A stretch of DNA of 64,000 bases, from positions 20,937 through 84,936 of the forward strand of contig JBCCXZ010000008.1 of assembly GCA_039190745.1 (NCBI GenBank), written 5' to 3'. Position numbers and translations under genes: made by a program. This DNA is from Planctomycetota bacterium (GTDB lineage: Bacteria; Planctomycetota; Planctomycetia; Pirellulales; Lacipirellulaceae). Position 1 is the stretch's first letter. The number at the start of each line of letters is the position of its first letter. Positions 49,638-60,593 of this stretch are shown piece by piece. The notes under the pieces were generated by a model. The model was not told the origin of the DNA, searched no databases, and was given only the letters and a program-made list of their open reading frames with translations.

Positions 49638-50969
49638 TTAGATGAGGGTTTTCAGCTCTGAGGACATCTCGCTGATGCGGGACATCGTCACGCTCTGCTC
49701 CTCAACGGCCGCCGCAATGGTGTTGGCGTTTCCGGAGACCTCAGATACAGACTGCGAGATCGAGCCGTTGGCGCTGACGACCTTCTCGATGCTCTCCTGG
49801 ATCGACTGCACAGAGCCTTCGATGTTTCCGGTGGAGTCGGAGGTCTGCTTGGCGAGGTCTTTCACCTCTTGGGCGACAACCGCGAAGCTGCGACCGGAGT
49901 CGCCGGCGCGGGCGGCCTCGATAGTGGCGTTGAGCGCGAGCAGGTTGGTTTGCTCGGCGAGGTCGCGGATGACCTCGACGACCGAACCGATCTCGTTGCT
50001 CCGCACGTTAAGGTCGTTGACGTGGTCGGTCGTTTGGGCGATGAGCGTCTCGGCACTGCGGGCCAGCTCGGCGGCTTGGTTGACGCTGACGGAGATCTCT
50101 TTGACCGTCGTGGTCATTTCCTCGGTGCTGGTGGCGACGTCCTGGGTCATCTGGCGGGCCATGGCCTGCTTGGTGACGTCGGTGGCGAACTTGACCACCT
50201 TGTAGGGCTTGCCCTTGGCGTCGAGGATCGGGTTGTAGCTGGCCTGGATCCAGATCTCTTTGCCGCCGCGGCCGACACGCTTGTACTCGCCGGCGTCGAA
50301 CTCGCCGTGGCGGAGCTTCTCCCAAAAGGCGGCGTACTCGGTGCTGGCTGCGTACTCGGGTTCGACGAACATGCGGTGGTGCTTGCCCTGGATCTCGCTG
50401 AGGCTGTAGCCCACGGTGTCGGTGAAGTTGCGGTTGGCGGTGAGGATCGTGCCGTCGAGCTCGAACTCAATAACCGCCTGCGACTTGTTGATGGCCTCGA
50501 TCTGGCCGAGGTGGTTGACGCTGGTGAGCTTGGCCTCGGTGATGTCCGAGGCGTACTTGACGACCTTGATCTGCTTGCCGTGGTCGTCGAAGACGGGGTT
50601 GTAGCTGGCCTGGATCCAGATCTCGCGGCCGCCCTTGGCGACCCGCATGTACTCGCCGGAGTCGAACTCGCCGCGTCCGAGCTTCTGCCAGAACTCGCGG
50701 TACTCGGGGGACTGGGCGTAGGCGGGCTCGACGAAGATGCGGTGGTGCTGGCCGCGGATTTCTTCGAGGGAATACCCCACCGCGGCGAGGAAGTTGTCGT
50801 TGGCGGTGAGGATCGTGCCGTCGGGCTCGAACTCGATGACGGCTTGGGAGCGGTTGATCGCTTCCAGCTGACCGAGTGCATCGAGCTGATCGTCGGTGAG
50901 CGCCTGATTGGGTCCGATGCTGGCGTTGGATTTGGTTGCTTCTTGCTGACGAGACCGGAAACCAAACAT
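49638..50969 (-). CDS. Soluble methyl-accepting chemotaxis protein with two PAS domains (BdlA-like)
   Basis: Two [15 protein letters not shown]...WIQASYNP repeats; [17 protein letters not shown] hairpin; no TM. Confidence 0.92.
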   Translation of the reverse strand: MFGFRSRQQEATKSNASIGPNQALTDDQLDALGQLEAINRSQAVIEFEPDGTILTANDNFLAAVGYSLEEIRGQHHRIFVEPAYAQSPEYREFWQKLGRGEFDSGEYMRVAKGGREIWIQASYNPVFDDHGKQIKVVKYASDITEAKLTSVNHLGQIEAINKSQAVIEFELDGTILTANRNFTDTVGYSLSEIQGKHHRMFVEPEYAASTEYAAFWEKLRHGEFDAGEYKRVGRGGKEIWIQASYNPILDAKGKPYKVVKFATDVTKQAMARQMTQDVATSTEEMTTTVKEISVSVNQAAELARSAETLIAQTTDHVNDLNVRSNEIGSVVEVIRDLAEQTNLLALNATIEAARAGDSGRSFAVVAQEVKDLAKQTSDSTGNIEGSVQSIQESIEKVVSANGSISQSVSEVSGNANTIAAAVEEQSVTMSRISEMSSELKTLI

Positions 50970-51554
50970 AAAGTGAACTCCCCTGCTGTGCTCTGTAGCG
51001 GCAATCAGTAGCCCGCAGCGGCCTAGCGGCTGCTGGAACGCGGCTGCTGAAACTCTGTCGGACGGCAGTCGGAGTCCCTTGGGCAGACAGGTCGAACGCC
51101 GTGGATTGAGGGCTTGGGGGCGGCACGTCTTGGCATTCCCAAGCCTTCACTCTTGTCGAAGAGTAGGTCAGCACGGAGGGAGGCAGGCTCGAAAAACTCG
51201 CTTGTTTACGGCGCCTAGCGGTGACCTTCGCTCGCGTGGTTAGGGTGGAAGCCGCATGGGAGTTGGGTACTGTTCCGAAAGGCGCCCGGAAACGCGGACA
51301 ACCACGGGCCATCTATTCAAACAACAGTCTGTGTGTGTTCTTTGCTAACGGCTCTAAGGGTTCTGAGGGTCGGGTTCTTTCTGCCAGACTTGCCGTCGCT
51401 CGTTTGACAGGTTCCGGTTTTTGCAAATTGCCATGTGGTCGATGCACTTTTTTTAATCCTACGTTTAGGGGTCGCTCAAGACATCGCACCCAAGGCGTCG
51501 AGCGCGACTGATCGTGATTGATTGCACTGCCTAACGTGTTTGAGGGACCCGCCC

Positions 51555-52886
51555 ATGCTTCCGATGGTATCGCTGTTGTTCGGTAAGAGTTCGAAGACGG
51601 AAAACGCTGAAGCGGGCGTGCAGCCGGGCGCGGCCGAGTGGCACCGGATGGTGGACCAGATTCCGGCCAATGTCATGATGGCTGACGCCGAGTTCCGGCT
51701 GGTCTACGCGAACCCCGCGGCGGTGCGGACTCTGGAGACGATCGCCGACCAGGTCCGGGAGACGTTCAACGTCGAGTTGAAGGACCTCATGGGCGGCTCG
51801 ATCCACCGCTTCCACCGGAACCCGCACGCGGTTGAGGAGATTCTACGCGACCCGCGGAACCTGCCGCACACGACCGAGTTCTCGTTTGGCGGCGTGACCC
51901 TGTCAGCCACGATCAATGGCGTGCGCGAGGAAGCGGGCGAGCTGACGGGCTACATCGTGAGCTGGGAAGACGTGACGGCGCGTGCGACGAGCGAGGCGCA
52001 CATGACGCGGCTGACGCAGATGGTGGAGAACCTGCCGACGAACGTGATCTTTGCCGACCGCGACAACATCGTGCGGTACATGAACCCGGCTTCTTCGCGG
52101 ACCCTGAAATCGATCCAGCACCTGCTGCCGATGCCGGTGGACTCGATCGTGGGCAGCTCGATCGACGCGTTCCACAAAGACCCGTCGTACCAGCAGCGTA
52201 TTTTGGCCGACCCGTCGAATCTTCCGGTCGAGTCGGTCATCAACCTGGGCGATCAAGTGCTCGACTTGCTGGTGAGCCCGATCTACGACAAGGCTGGGGC
52301 GTATATCGGGGCGATGGCTTCTTGGTCGGTTGTGACCGAGGCCCACAACACCAAGCAGGAGGCCCGCCGCGTGAGTGACGCTGTCACCCAAAGTGCCGGC
52401 GAAATGTCTCAGACGATCAAGGAGATCTCCAGCAGCGTGTACCGGACAGCTGATAAAGCGAAGGAAGCGGACGAGCTGAGCCGGCAGACGACCGCCTACG
52501 TCGGCGAGTTGAACGACCACAGCGGCGAGATCGGGCGGATTATCGAGGTGATCCGCGACCTTTCGGACCAGACCAACCTGTTGGCGCTCAACGCGACGAT
52601 CGAGGCCGCACGGGCGGGCGAGTCGGGCCGGAGCTTCGCGGTGGTGGCCGAGGAGGTGAAGACCCTGGCCCACCACACGGCGGAGTCGGTCGAGGGGATC
52701 GAGAGCCTAGTCGGCCAGATCCGCGGCAGCATCGACCAAGTGACCGGAGCGACGAACTCGATCAACGAGTCGGTCGAGGCGGTCTCTCGCGACGCGGCGA
52801 CGATCGCCTCGGCGGTCGAGGAGCAGTCGGTAACGATGGGCCGGCTGAGCGAGATGAGCGAGACGCTCAACAAGATCACGCAGTAA
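51555..52886 (+). CDS. Soluble methyl-accepting chemotaxis protein with two Aer2-type PAS domains
   Basis: [11 protein letters not shown] and [32 protein letters not shown]; no TM. Confidence 0.9.
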   Translation: MLPMVSLLFGKSSKTENAEAGVQPGAAEWHRMVDQIPANVMMADAEFRLVYANPAAVRTLETIADQVRETFNVELKDLMGGSIHRFHRNPHAVEEILRDPRNLPHTTEFSFGGVTLSATINGVREEAGELTGYIVSWEDVTARATSEAHMTRLTQMVENLPTNVIFADRDNIVRYMNPASSRTLKSIQHLLPMPVDSIVGSSIDAFHKDPSYQQRILADPSNLPVESVINLGDQVLDLLVSPIYDKAGAYIGAMASWSVVTEAHNTKQEARRVSDAVTQSAGEMSQTIKEISSSVYRTADKAKEADELSRQTTAYVGELNDHSGEIGRIIEVIRDLSDQTNLLALNATIEAARAGESGRSFAVVAEEVKTLAHHTAESVEGIESLVGQIRGSIDQVTGATNSINESVEAVSRDAATIASAVEEQSVTMGRLSEMSETLNKITQ

Positions 52887-52911
52887 CGCCGCGTGCGAGA
52901 AGGATGATACG

Positions 52912-52951
52912 GACGGGGGTCGCCTCAGAGGGGGGCGGCCCCCGTCTTTCT
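52912..52951 (+). terminator. Terminator-like hairpin between convergent genes
   Basis: GACGGGGGTCGCC...GGCGGCCCCCGTC followed by TTTCT. Confidence 0.65.
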
Positions 52952-52987
52952 GCGCAGTGTTTCTGCGCGGTGCTTCTACGCCGAGAC

Positions 52988-53734
52988 TCAGCGGCGGAGT
53001 TGGTCGGCGGACGTCGCTAATCGGACGCGGGCCAGCCGGCTGGAGAGATGCTCGGTCTTCGGGCCGGCGAGAAAGCCGGTGAGCGTCTGGGGCTCGTTCT
53101 TGATGAGCCAGCTGGTCCAGGCCCACGACTCGGCGTACTGTAGCTCGGTCATAGCACCGGCGTCGGTGAGGGCTTCCAGCTTGGCGAGGTTGGGGCTCCA
53201 ACCGGCGACCGCGGAGGCTTCGCGGAGTGTCGCGACGTGCTCTGGGTGCCCGCCGACGGACGGGCCGACCTCGAAGTACTCGGCCAGGCCCTCGTCGAGC
53301 CAGAGCGGCAGGTTTTCGTAAGTGGCGTGCAAGAAGCCGTGGGTGGCTTCGTGCCGGAGGTCGGTGAGCAGTTGCGGGCCGCGGTGGGCGTAGACGGCCA
53401 GCTCTGCGGTGCTCTCGACGAACAACGCCCGCCGGTAGGGGAACTCTGGGAAGTGCTTGCGGACGAATGCGGCGTAGGCGTCTTCGTCGTCGAAAAGGTA
53501 GATGTGCACCGGCTGCTCGGCGAGACGGAGGCGGAGCGTGTTCTGGATGCTGGCACGGGTCTCCGCGACTTCGGCGAGGAGCTTGTTACTGTCTTCGAGG
53601 GGTTTGTCAGAGTGGAGAACGACGTTGGGCCGCTCGACGGCGACTTGGAAGGGCTCGCTGCGGAACGGGCGCGGGATCGCGGCGCAGCCGAGGGCTGTCA
53701 GGAGCAGGACGGCGGTGACGTGTGGACGCGGCAT
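52988..53734 (-). CDS. Putative lipoprotein zinc metallopeptidase (DUF1570-like)
   Basis: LTALGC lipobox-like; LRHEATHGFLH and PLWLDEGLAEYFE. Confidence 0.8.
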   Translation of the reverse strand: MPRPHVTAVLLLTALGCAAIPRPFRSEPFQVAVERPNVVLHSDKPLEDSNKLLAEVAETRASIQNTLRLRLAEQPVHIYLFDDEDAYAAFVRKHFPEFPYRRALFVESTAELAVYAHRGPQLLTDLRHEATHGFLHATYENLPLWLDEGLAEYFEVGPSVGGHPEHVATLREASAVAGWSPNLAKLEALTDAGAMTELQYAESWAWTSWLIKNEPQTLTGFLAGPKTEHLSSRLARVRLATSADQLRR

Positions 53735-53769
53735 CGCGAGCGGACGGTACGCGACGGCCCTGCGGCGGG

Positions 53770-54918
53770 TCAACCGGAGTTGGCGGCTGTGGCTGCGATC
53801 AACGCGTCGAGTTCCTGCTTGAGCCGCGGCAGGATGTCGTCGTAGGAGAATTGGCCGAGGGACTCTTCGCCGCGCTTGAGATTCACGTAGTTGGGGCCGC
53901 ACCAGAGGCCGAGGTCGGCGTCGTCGGTTTCGCCGGGGCCGTTCACGCGGCAGCCCATCACCGCGATGGTGAGGGCGTGGTCGGCGGCGTAGCGGGTCAT
54001 TTCTTTGACGTCTTCTGCGAGCTCGACGAAGGCCTCGTTCTCGACGCGGGAGCAGCTCGGGCAGCTGATGATATTGAGCGTGTCGAGGCCGAAGTCGACG
54101 ACCGAGCGGACCCGGCCGGCGGCGATGTCGGCGAGGATGCCGCGGCCGGCTTCGATTTCTTCGGGTTTGCGGGCGTTGGAGACAGTGAGCGAGACTCGGA
54201 TGGTATCGCCGATGCCGCGGCTGATGAGCTGTTCGAAGGCGATGCGGGTTTTGATGATGCCGTCGGGGGGCATGCCGGCTTCGGTGACGCCGAGGTGGAG
54301 CGGCACATCGGGGCGTGCATCGGCGAAGCGGCGGTTGACGTCGATTACTTTCTGAGGGTCGGAGTCTTTGAGCGACACGCAGTAGCGTTGAAAGCCGAGG
54401 TCGTCCAGTGCTTCGCAGTGTTCGAGCGCGCTGTCGAGCATTGGGGAGATCGAATCGTCGGCGTCGTACTGGGCGAGCTTGTCGGGGTCGACGCTGCCAC
54501 AGTTGACGCCGATGCGCATCGCGCAGTCGTGGTCGACGGCGATGCGGGCGAGGTAGGCGACCTTCTCCCGCCAGGGCTTGGTGCGTTCGTGGTGGTAGAG
54601 GTGCCCGGGGTTGTAGCGGAGCTTGTCGACGTGCGGGGCGACGATCTCAGCGAGGCGGTAGTTCTCTTGCAGGTCGACGACGAGGTTGGCCTCGGTCTGG
54701 CCGCGGACCTCAACGAGGGCGGCGGCGTCGGCCTTGGTGTCGATAGCAACGCGGACGACGTCGGCTCCGGCTTCGTGCAGGGCGCTGACCTGGGCGACGG
54801 TGGCGTCGATGTCGGTGGTCCGGGTGGCCGTCATGCTCTGGACGGCGATCGGGTGCTCTCCGCCGATGGTGACGGAGCCGATGCGGACGGAGCGGGTGGG
54901 GTTGCGGTCGATTTGCAC
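53770..54918 (-). CDS. ispG: 4-hydroxy-3-methylbut-2-en-1-yl diphosphate synthase
   Basis: [54 protein letters not shown]. Confidence 0.95.
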   Translation of the reverse strand: MQIDRNPTRSVRIGSVTIGGEHPIAVQSMTATRTTDIDATVAQVSALHEAGADVVRVAIDTKADAAALVEVRGQTEANLVVDLQENYRLAEIVAPHVDKLRYNPGHLYHHERTKPWREKVAYLARIAVDHDCAMRIGVNCGSVDPDKLAQYDADDSISPMLDSALEHCEALDDLGFQRYCVSLKDSDPQKVIDVNRRFADARPDVPLHLGVTEAGMPPDGIIKTRIAFEQLISRGIGDTIRVSLTVSNARKPEEIEAGRGILADIAAGRVRSVVDFGLDTLNIISCPSCSRVENEAFVELAEDVKEMTRYAADHALTIAVMGCRVNGPGETDDADLGLWCGPNYVNLKRGEESLGQFSYDDILPRLKQELDALIAATAANSG

Positions 54919-55180
54919 GGGGCGGGCTAGCGGAGTGATTCAGGGTGTTTCCGGCATTGTAGAGACCGCGTTTCTGGCTTGGAATGCACACGGTGAACCG
55001 GGCCAGTATGGACCCCTGAGGACGCGGAGTTCGCTGAGGGGTGCAGGTTGCCTCTTCGGTCTACGCCGTTGATTTGGTTCCGAAAACGCCTTGTTGCAAT
55101 CCCCGGCGGGCTGCGCTTTATAGGGGAACGTCTGCGGGTTAGGCTGGAAGTCTGACTTTTGTTCGGCCCCAAGGAATTGA

Positions 55181-55780
55181 TTGGCTGTGAACAGCTCGGC
55201 CCCTAAACCCTCCGAAAGCTCCCAGCGGGCGATGACGGTGCTGCTGCAGCGGGCCAGCGGCGGGGACGACTCCGCGCGGTCGCGGCTGCTGCAGGAGGTT
55301 TACGGGCAGCTGCACGGCATGGCGGAGAACAAGCTGCGGCGGGAGAACACCGGGCACTCGATGCAGGCCACGATGCTGGTGCACGACGCCTACATGCAAC
55401 TGATCGGGCCGGGGCAGGACGTGGCGTTCAACGACCGAAATCACTTCTACGTGCTGGCGGCCAACGCGATGCGGCGGCTGCTGGTCGACCACGCGCGGAA
55501 GCGGCGGGCGGCCAAACGGGGCGGGCCCCATTGGAAACGCTCCGCCGGCGACGTGGAAGAGCTGGCCGACAAACAAGACAGCGACCTGCTGAGCCTGCAC
55601 ACGGCCCTGAAACGGCTGCAGGAAGTGGACGAGCGGCAGGCGTCGATCGTCGAGCTGCGGCACTTCGGCGGCTACACGGTGGAAGAGACGGCGGAGCTGA
55701 TTGGCGTCTCTGAGCGGACCGTGAAAGCGGACTTTGCGGCGGCGAAGGCGTGGTTGTTCCGGGAGCTGCAGCCCCAGTAA
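55181..55780 (+). CDS. ECF sigma factor (planctomycete-enriched, kinase-associated type)
   Basis: MQATMLVHDAY, HFYVLAANAMRRLLVDHAR, KRGG, VELRHFGG, GVSERTV. Confidence 0.92.
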   Translation: MAVNSSAPKPSESSQRAMTVLLQRASGGDDSARSRLLQEVYGQLHGMAENKLRRENTGHSMQATMLVHDAYMQLIGPGQDVAFNDRNHFYVLAANAMRRLLVDHARKRRAAKRGGPHWKRSAGDVEELADKQDSDLLSLHTALKRLQEVDERQASIVELRHFGGYTVEETAELIGVSERTVKADFAAAKAWLFRELQPQ

Positions 55781-55798
55781 AGGTCGGAGCGGGAGCGT

Positions 55799-58636
55799 AT
55801 GGCAGATTCACCCGGCCGCTCCGACGCGGGGCCTCCCTCTCGCACGCCGACGGGCTTGCTGGCGGAGGCGATGGAGCTGTCGCCCGACGAGCAGGCGGCG
55901 TTCTTGGCCGGGCTGCGGCGGGAGGACTCGGAGATGGCGGCGGAGGTCGCCTCGCTGCTGGAAGCGCACCACTCAGCCGAGGCGGCGGGCTTTCTGGTGG
56001 TCGGCCCTTCTTCCGATCCGGCGGCGACGCACCACCACCCAGGTTCGGAACCGAAGGACCAGGCCGCTCCGAGCGACCCGCTCGACACGATCGCACAGGG
56101 CGCGACCGAGACCGAAGACGCGGCAGAGCCTTCCGAGGATGGGGCGGTTTCGTACGAGACGCGGCCGCCGACGGCTCCTCCGCTTAGCGGCAGCGCGTCG
56201 GGCGGGGTCGCGGGGAGCGACTCGGAGACGATCGCCGAAGCCCCCCGCTCGGGGCCGATTCCTGGCGCGGCGGCCCCCGGGCCGGTCGGCGCGCCGGGCT
56301 CGGTCGTGGCAGACGACTACGAGATCCGCGACAAGCTCGGCGCCGGCGGCATGGGGACGGTCTACCGGGCGTGGCAGCGGAGCCTGAAACGGTGGGTGGC
56401 GCTGAAGATCATCCCCTCGCAGCTGCTCTCGTCAAGCGAGCAGGCGGCGCGGTTCTACCTCGAGGCCGAGGCGGCGGCGGGCTTGGATCACCCTGGGATT
56501 GTGCGGGTGGAAGATGTCGGCGAAACCGCCGGGGTGCACTACTACGCGATGGCGCTGGTGGAGGGCGGCAGCCTGGCGAAGCACTCTCGGGGCAAGCACC
56601 TGTTCGGGCCGCGGCGGGCGGCGGAGATCATGGAGCAGGTCTGCCGGGCGGTGCAGCACGCGCACGACCGGGCGGTGATCCACCGGGATATCAAGCCGGC
56701 GAACATCATGCTCGACCTGGAGGGCCAGCCGCGGCTGACCGACTTCGGGCTGGCGAAGCTCGCCCACGGCGGCGACGAGCTGACAGTGACCGGGCAGGTG
56801 ATGGGCACGCCGAGCTTCATGGCGCCCGAGCAAGCGGAGGGGAAGAACTTCGCGATCTCGACGAGGACAGACGTGTACTCGCTGGGGGCAACGCTGTACG
56901 CACTGTTGGCCGGGCGGCCGCCGTTCGAGGGGGGGACGCTGCTCAACACGCTGCGTCAGGTGCAGAAGGCCCCGCCGGCGGCGCTCTCGAAGTCGGTGCC
57001 TGCCGATTTGCGGACGATCTGCGAGAAGTGCTTGGAGAAGCAGCCCGACGAACGATACGCCTCGGCGGCGGCGCTCGCGGACGACTTGCGGAGCTACCTG
57101 CGGGGGTACCCGATCGCGGCGCGGAAGGTCTCGGCGGCAACGCACGCGGTGCGGTGGGCGAAGCGGAACCCGGCGGTGGCGTCGCTGCTGGCGTTGGTGG
57201 CCGTGGTCCTGGTCGGGGCGTCTATTGTGTCGACTGCGTTTGGGATCCAAGCCCGGGCGGCGCAGGCCGAGGCCGAGGCGGCCCGGGAGGTGGCGGAAAC
57301 GCGGGCGCGAGACCTGGAATCGGCCATCGAGGAGGTGATCCTCTTCGCGAGCGAGAACGAACTGGGCGAAGAGCCCGGGATGCAGGTTGCCCGGCAGACG
57401 CTGCTGGAAGCGGGTGAGCGATACTACGAAAAGCTGATCGCCAGCGGGGCGGGTTCGCCGGAGAAGCTGGCCGCGGCTTCGCTGAAACTCGGCAGCGTGC
57501 AGAAGGAGCTCGGCCAGTGGGACGACGCACGGGCGTCGCTCGAAAAGGCGATTGAGCTTCAGGAGTCGCTCGTCTCGGAAGCGCCGGGCGACGCGCAGCG
57601 TCTGTTGGCTGCGGGGAAGATGCACAACGAGCTGGCGCGACTTGGCGAGGCGGTCTGGAGCAACGACGGGGCGGCGCTGGACGAGGCGGCCCGGGAGGCC
57701 GCGTTCCGGCAGTGGTCGGAGCAGTCCAAACTCTGCGTCGAGAAGCGGCGGCGGGCGGCGGAGCTTGAGCCGGAAAACACCGAGACCAAGCGGCTGTTGG
57801 CGAACGGGATCATGAACGCCGGGTGGGCGGAAAGCGAACAGGCCAGGAGCGCCGGCGACGCAGCGGCGTTAGAAGACGCGGCGGAGATGCTCGCCGAGGC
57901 GCAGCGGGTGCGGCGCTCGGTCTTGTCCGAGGACGAGGCGGCGTATACGGTGCGACGCGACTTGGCATACGGGCTGCTGGCTGAGGCCGACGCGGCGGAG
58001 ATCGCTGGCGGGCTCGCGTCGGACGCCGGGGGGGAAGACCGAGCGCTGCAGCGGGCGCTGGAGCTGCGGACCAAAGCGGCCGAGGTGCTCAGCGGTCTGC
58101 CCTCGTTCGTGAAGACGAGCCAGATCGAACTTCGGCTGGCGTTCTGCTACCAACTTTGCGGCAACAGCCATTTCATGCTCGGCGACGTCGACGCGGCGAT
58201 CGCCGCGTTCCAGGAAGCCCAAGCCACGATGGAGGTGCTGCTGCTGCGGAACCCGAGCGTGGTGCGGTACCGGACGGGGCTCGCCGCGGTGGAATTCAAC
58301 CTGGCGCAGATCATGTTCGCTTCGGGGAACGACCTCGGTTACGGGGTGTTCGGCGGGTGCCAGAACACGCTGGTGGAGGGGCTGATGGTCGACCCCAACA
58401 ACCCGGCGCCGCTGGAAGTGCTGGTCGACTACACGACGGGGCTGACGTCGGAACTCGCGGCCCAGGGGCGTGCGGACGACGCGGTGCGACTGCTGCGTCG
58501 GGGGGCCGAACTGCTCGAGCGGATCGACCCGAGCCGGTCGCGGTTGGAGGAGGCGACCAAGACGCGGATCGAAGGGGCGATCCGGCAGTTGCGCGAGGCG
58601 GCTGAAGAGCTGGTCGATGCGCAGTCGGTAGCTTAG
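55799..58636 (+). CDS. Membrane-anchored Ser/Thr protein kinase with C-terminal TPR-like helical region
   Basis: LGAGGMGTVY, VALK, HRDIKPAN, DFGLAK, GTPSFMAPEQ, DVYSLG; TM after the kinase domain. Confidence 0.95.
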   Translation: MADSPGRSDAGPPSRTPTGLLAEAMELSPDEQAAFLAGLRREDSEMAAEVASLLEAHHSAEAAGFLVVGPSSDPAATHHHPGSEPKDQAAPSDPLDTIAQGATETEDAAEPSEDGAVSYETRPPTAPPLSGSASGGVAGSDSETIAEAPRSGPIPGAAAPGPVGAPGSVVADDYEIRDKLGAGGMGTVYRAWQRSLKRWVALKIIPSQLLSSSEQAARFYLEAEAAAGLDHPGIVRVEDVGETAGVHYYAMALVEGGSLAKHSRGKHLFGPRRAAEIMEQVCRAVQHAHDRAVIHRDIKPANIMLDLEGQPRLTDFGLAKLAHGGDELTVTGQVMGTPSFMAPEQAEGKNFAISTRTDVYSLGATLYALLAGRPPFEGGTLLNTLRQVQKAPPAALSKSVPADLRTICEKCLEKQPDERYASAAALADDLRSYLRGYPIAARKVSAATHAVRWAKRNPAVASLLALVAVVLVGASIVSTAFGIQARAAQAEAEAAREVAETRARDLESAIEEVILFASENELGEEPGMQVARQTLLEAGERYYEKLIASGAGSPEKLAAASLKLGSVQKELGQWDDARASLEKAIELQESLVSEAPGDAQRLLAAGKMHNELARLGEAVWSNDGAALDEAAREAAFRQWSEQSKLCVEKRRRAAELEPENTETKRLLANGIMNAGWAESEQARSAGDAAALEDAAEMLAEAQRVRRSVLSEDEAAYTVRRDLAYGLLAEADAAEIAGGLASDAGGEDRALQRALELRTKAAEVLSGLPSFVKTSQIELRLAFCYQLCGNSHFMLGDVDAAIAAFQEAQATMEVLLLRNPSVVRYRTGLAAVEFNLAQIMFASGNDLGYGVFGGCQNTLVEGLMVDPNNPAPLEVLVDYTTGLTSELAAQGRADDAVRLLRRGAELLERIDPSRSRLEEATKTRIEGAIRQLREAAEELVDAQSVA

Positions 58637-58750
58637 CTAGCAATGCTTCCCCAGGGGCCGTACGAATCGGCTCAACCCGTATCACCCGCACATCCGATAC
58701 CACCGGTAGATTCTAACATTCAGCCGGCCAAAGCTTGGGGGGAACGGCAG

Positions 58751-60541
58751 GTGTCTACCAGTATTCGCGGGATTGTTGCCCTGTGGCTGCTCTCGGCCGG
58801 CGTGCTTTGTCACTGTGCGGCTTCGGCCCTCGGCCAGACTGCGGCCCAGCAGCCCGACGTGATTGTCTCGGACGAGCCTCCCGCTGCGCAAGCGCCGGTT
58901 ACGGTGAACCCGCCGAGCCCGCTCGACGCGCCGCGGATCCCCGGGCTGCTGCCGCCCACAACGGCACCGGCGCCGGGCCCGTCGCCTTTCGCTTCGACCC
59001 CTTCCACGACAGCCTCCGCTTCGCAAGGGCCACGGGCTCCGCAGACCGGTTACAACGTGCGGCTGGCACGGGCGCCGAAGATGCTGGGAGACTTCTTCGG
59101 GCGCGGCAACACAACCGTGACGATGCCCGGGATGGACCAGAACATTGTGTACAACCCTTTCATGGGTCAGCGAGATTTCTTCGGGCTGGGCGACTCGGTC
59201 GATTTTGGTTCGGCGCGTCTTGTCGTGTTGCCGAGCGGGCTCGGTGAGTTCCGCCCGGGCACGGTGTTCGGTCAGTCGGTCAACGGCGTGGCTTTCCGGA
59301 CGCTGACCCCAGTGGCGGGTTTGACTGCGGGGACTATCCCGCTGGAGATCGTCGGCCAAGACGGGTCGGGCGTCTCGGATGCAGACGCACTGATGCAGGT
59401 GCAGAACAACGCGGACGCGTTCTTGCCGTTTGACGCCCAGGCCGACCTTGCGTCTCAGCAGTCGGTGATCGCCGGCGAGACGGGCGGCACTTTCGTGCCG
59501 ATCGGTCCCGATACGACGACTGTGCTGGACCCCGAGGCGGAGGCTTCTGCAGGGCCGATCGACGAGACGACTCCCTTCCAGTTGCGGCTGCCGTACGATG
59601 TGATTTTCTCCGACGCGGTTTTCACGCCGGAATCGATGACAATCGTGGTTCCCTCGCCCACTGCGGGCGACATCGTGGGCCGGGTGCGGATGCAGGACAA
59701 CAACAGCCCGCTGCCGCAGGACCGGGTGTTCTTTGACTACAACTTCTTCTACAACGTGCCGCTGACGTCGGCGGGCACAAACGTGAACCGGTTTACGCCC
59801 GGCGCGGAGAAGACCTTTCTGGACGGGATGGCGTCGGCGGAGATCCGCGTGCCGATGGGACTGACGCTCGACAGCCAAGTGTCGACCGACCTGCCGGCGA
59901 ACGTCGACTCGTACGAGTTCGGCAACCTGACGGTGGCGACCAAGTTTCTGCTTACGTCGAACGACGAGCTGGCCGTGGCCGCGGGCCTGGGCGTTTCGAT
60001 CCCGACGGCGGACGACATCGAGATCGGGCTCTCGGACGGCACGGCGCTCGTGTCGATCGACAACGACTCGGTACACATCCTGCCGTACCTCGCGTTCCTG
60101 TACCTGCCGCGGGGGGGCAACTGCTTCCTGCAGTCGTTCCTCACGCTCGACATCGACGCGAACGGCACGCCGGTGGCCGCGAACGTGAACGGGACCGGGC
60201 TCGAGTCGATCGGCGTCTGGAACGACCAGAACCTGATCACCTGGAGCGTCTCGGGCGGTACTTTCCTGTACGAGAACTTCAGCCGCAACGCATCGCTGAA
60301 GCGGGTCGCTTGGTCGGGCGAGATCCACTGGACCGAGACGCTCAACGACGCGGACTCGGCCGTGAGCGGGTCGTACATCGTGGGCGACCCCAACGCGGAG
60401 CTTTCGCTGGTGAACGCCACATTCGGCCTGCACACGACCGTGGAGCAAACGACGTTTACGTTCGGCTACACGGTGCCGCTGACCAGCGACGACCGGGTGT
60501 TCGACGGGGAGTTCCGGGCGTTTGCGAACCGGCCTTTCTAA
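58751..60541 (+). CDS. Secreted protein, probable outer-membrane beta-barrel C-terminus
   Basis: Signal peptide, Pro-rich linker, NNSPLPQDRVFFDYNFF, alternating-pattern strands, terminal Phe. Confidence 0.65.
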   Translation: MSTSIRGIVALWLLSAGVLCHCAASALGQTAAQQPDVIVSDEPPAAQAPVTVNPPSPLDAPRIPGLLPPTTAPAPGPSPFASTPSTTASASQGPRAPQTGYNVRLARAPKMLGDFFGRGNTTVTMPGMDQNIVYNPFMGQRDFFGLGDSVDFGSARLVVLPSGLGEFRPGTVFGQSVNGVAFRTLTPVAGLTAGTIPLEIVGQDGSGVSDADALMQVQNNADAFLPFDAQADLASQQSVIAGETGGTFVPIGPDTTTVLDPEAEASAGPIDETTPFQLRLPYDVIFSDAVFTPESMTIVVPSPTAGDIVGRVRMQDNNSPLPQDRVFFDYNFFYNVPLTSAGTNVNRFTPGAEKTFLDGMASAEIRVPMGLTLDSQVSTDLPANVDSYEFGNLTVATKFLLTSNDELAVAAGLGVSIPTADDIEIGLSDGTALVSIDNDSVHILPYLAFLYLPRGGNCFLQSFLTLDIDANGTPVAANVNGTGLESIGVWNDQNLITWSVSGGTFLYENFSRNASLKRVAWSGEIHWTETLNDADSAVSGSYIVGDPNAELSLVNATFGLHTTVEQTTFTFGYTVPLTSDDRVFDGEFRAFANRPF

Positions 60542-60593
60542 GGGCGGCCCGCTTGCAGGACACTGCTGGGCGAGCCAGCAGTGCCGCCCGAGA

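Noticed and set aside
51230..51400. c-di-GMP riboswitch between the chemoreceptor genes
   Set aside because: Only scattered partial matches (GAAA loop, CTAAG, TTGCC); I could not build the class I or II structure by eye. Needs an Rfam scan.
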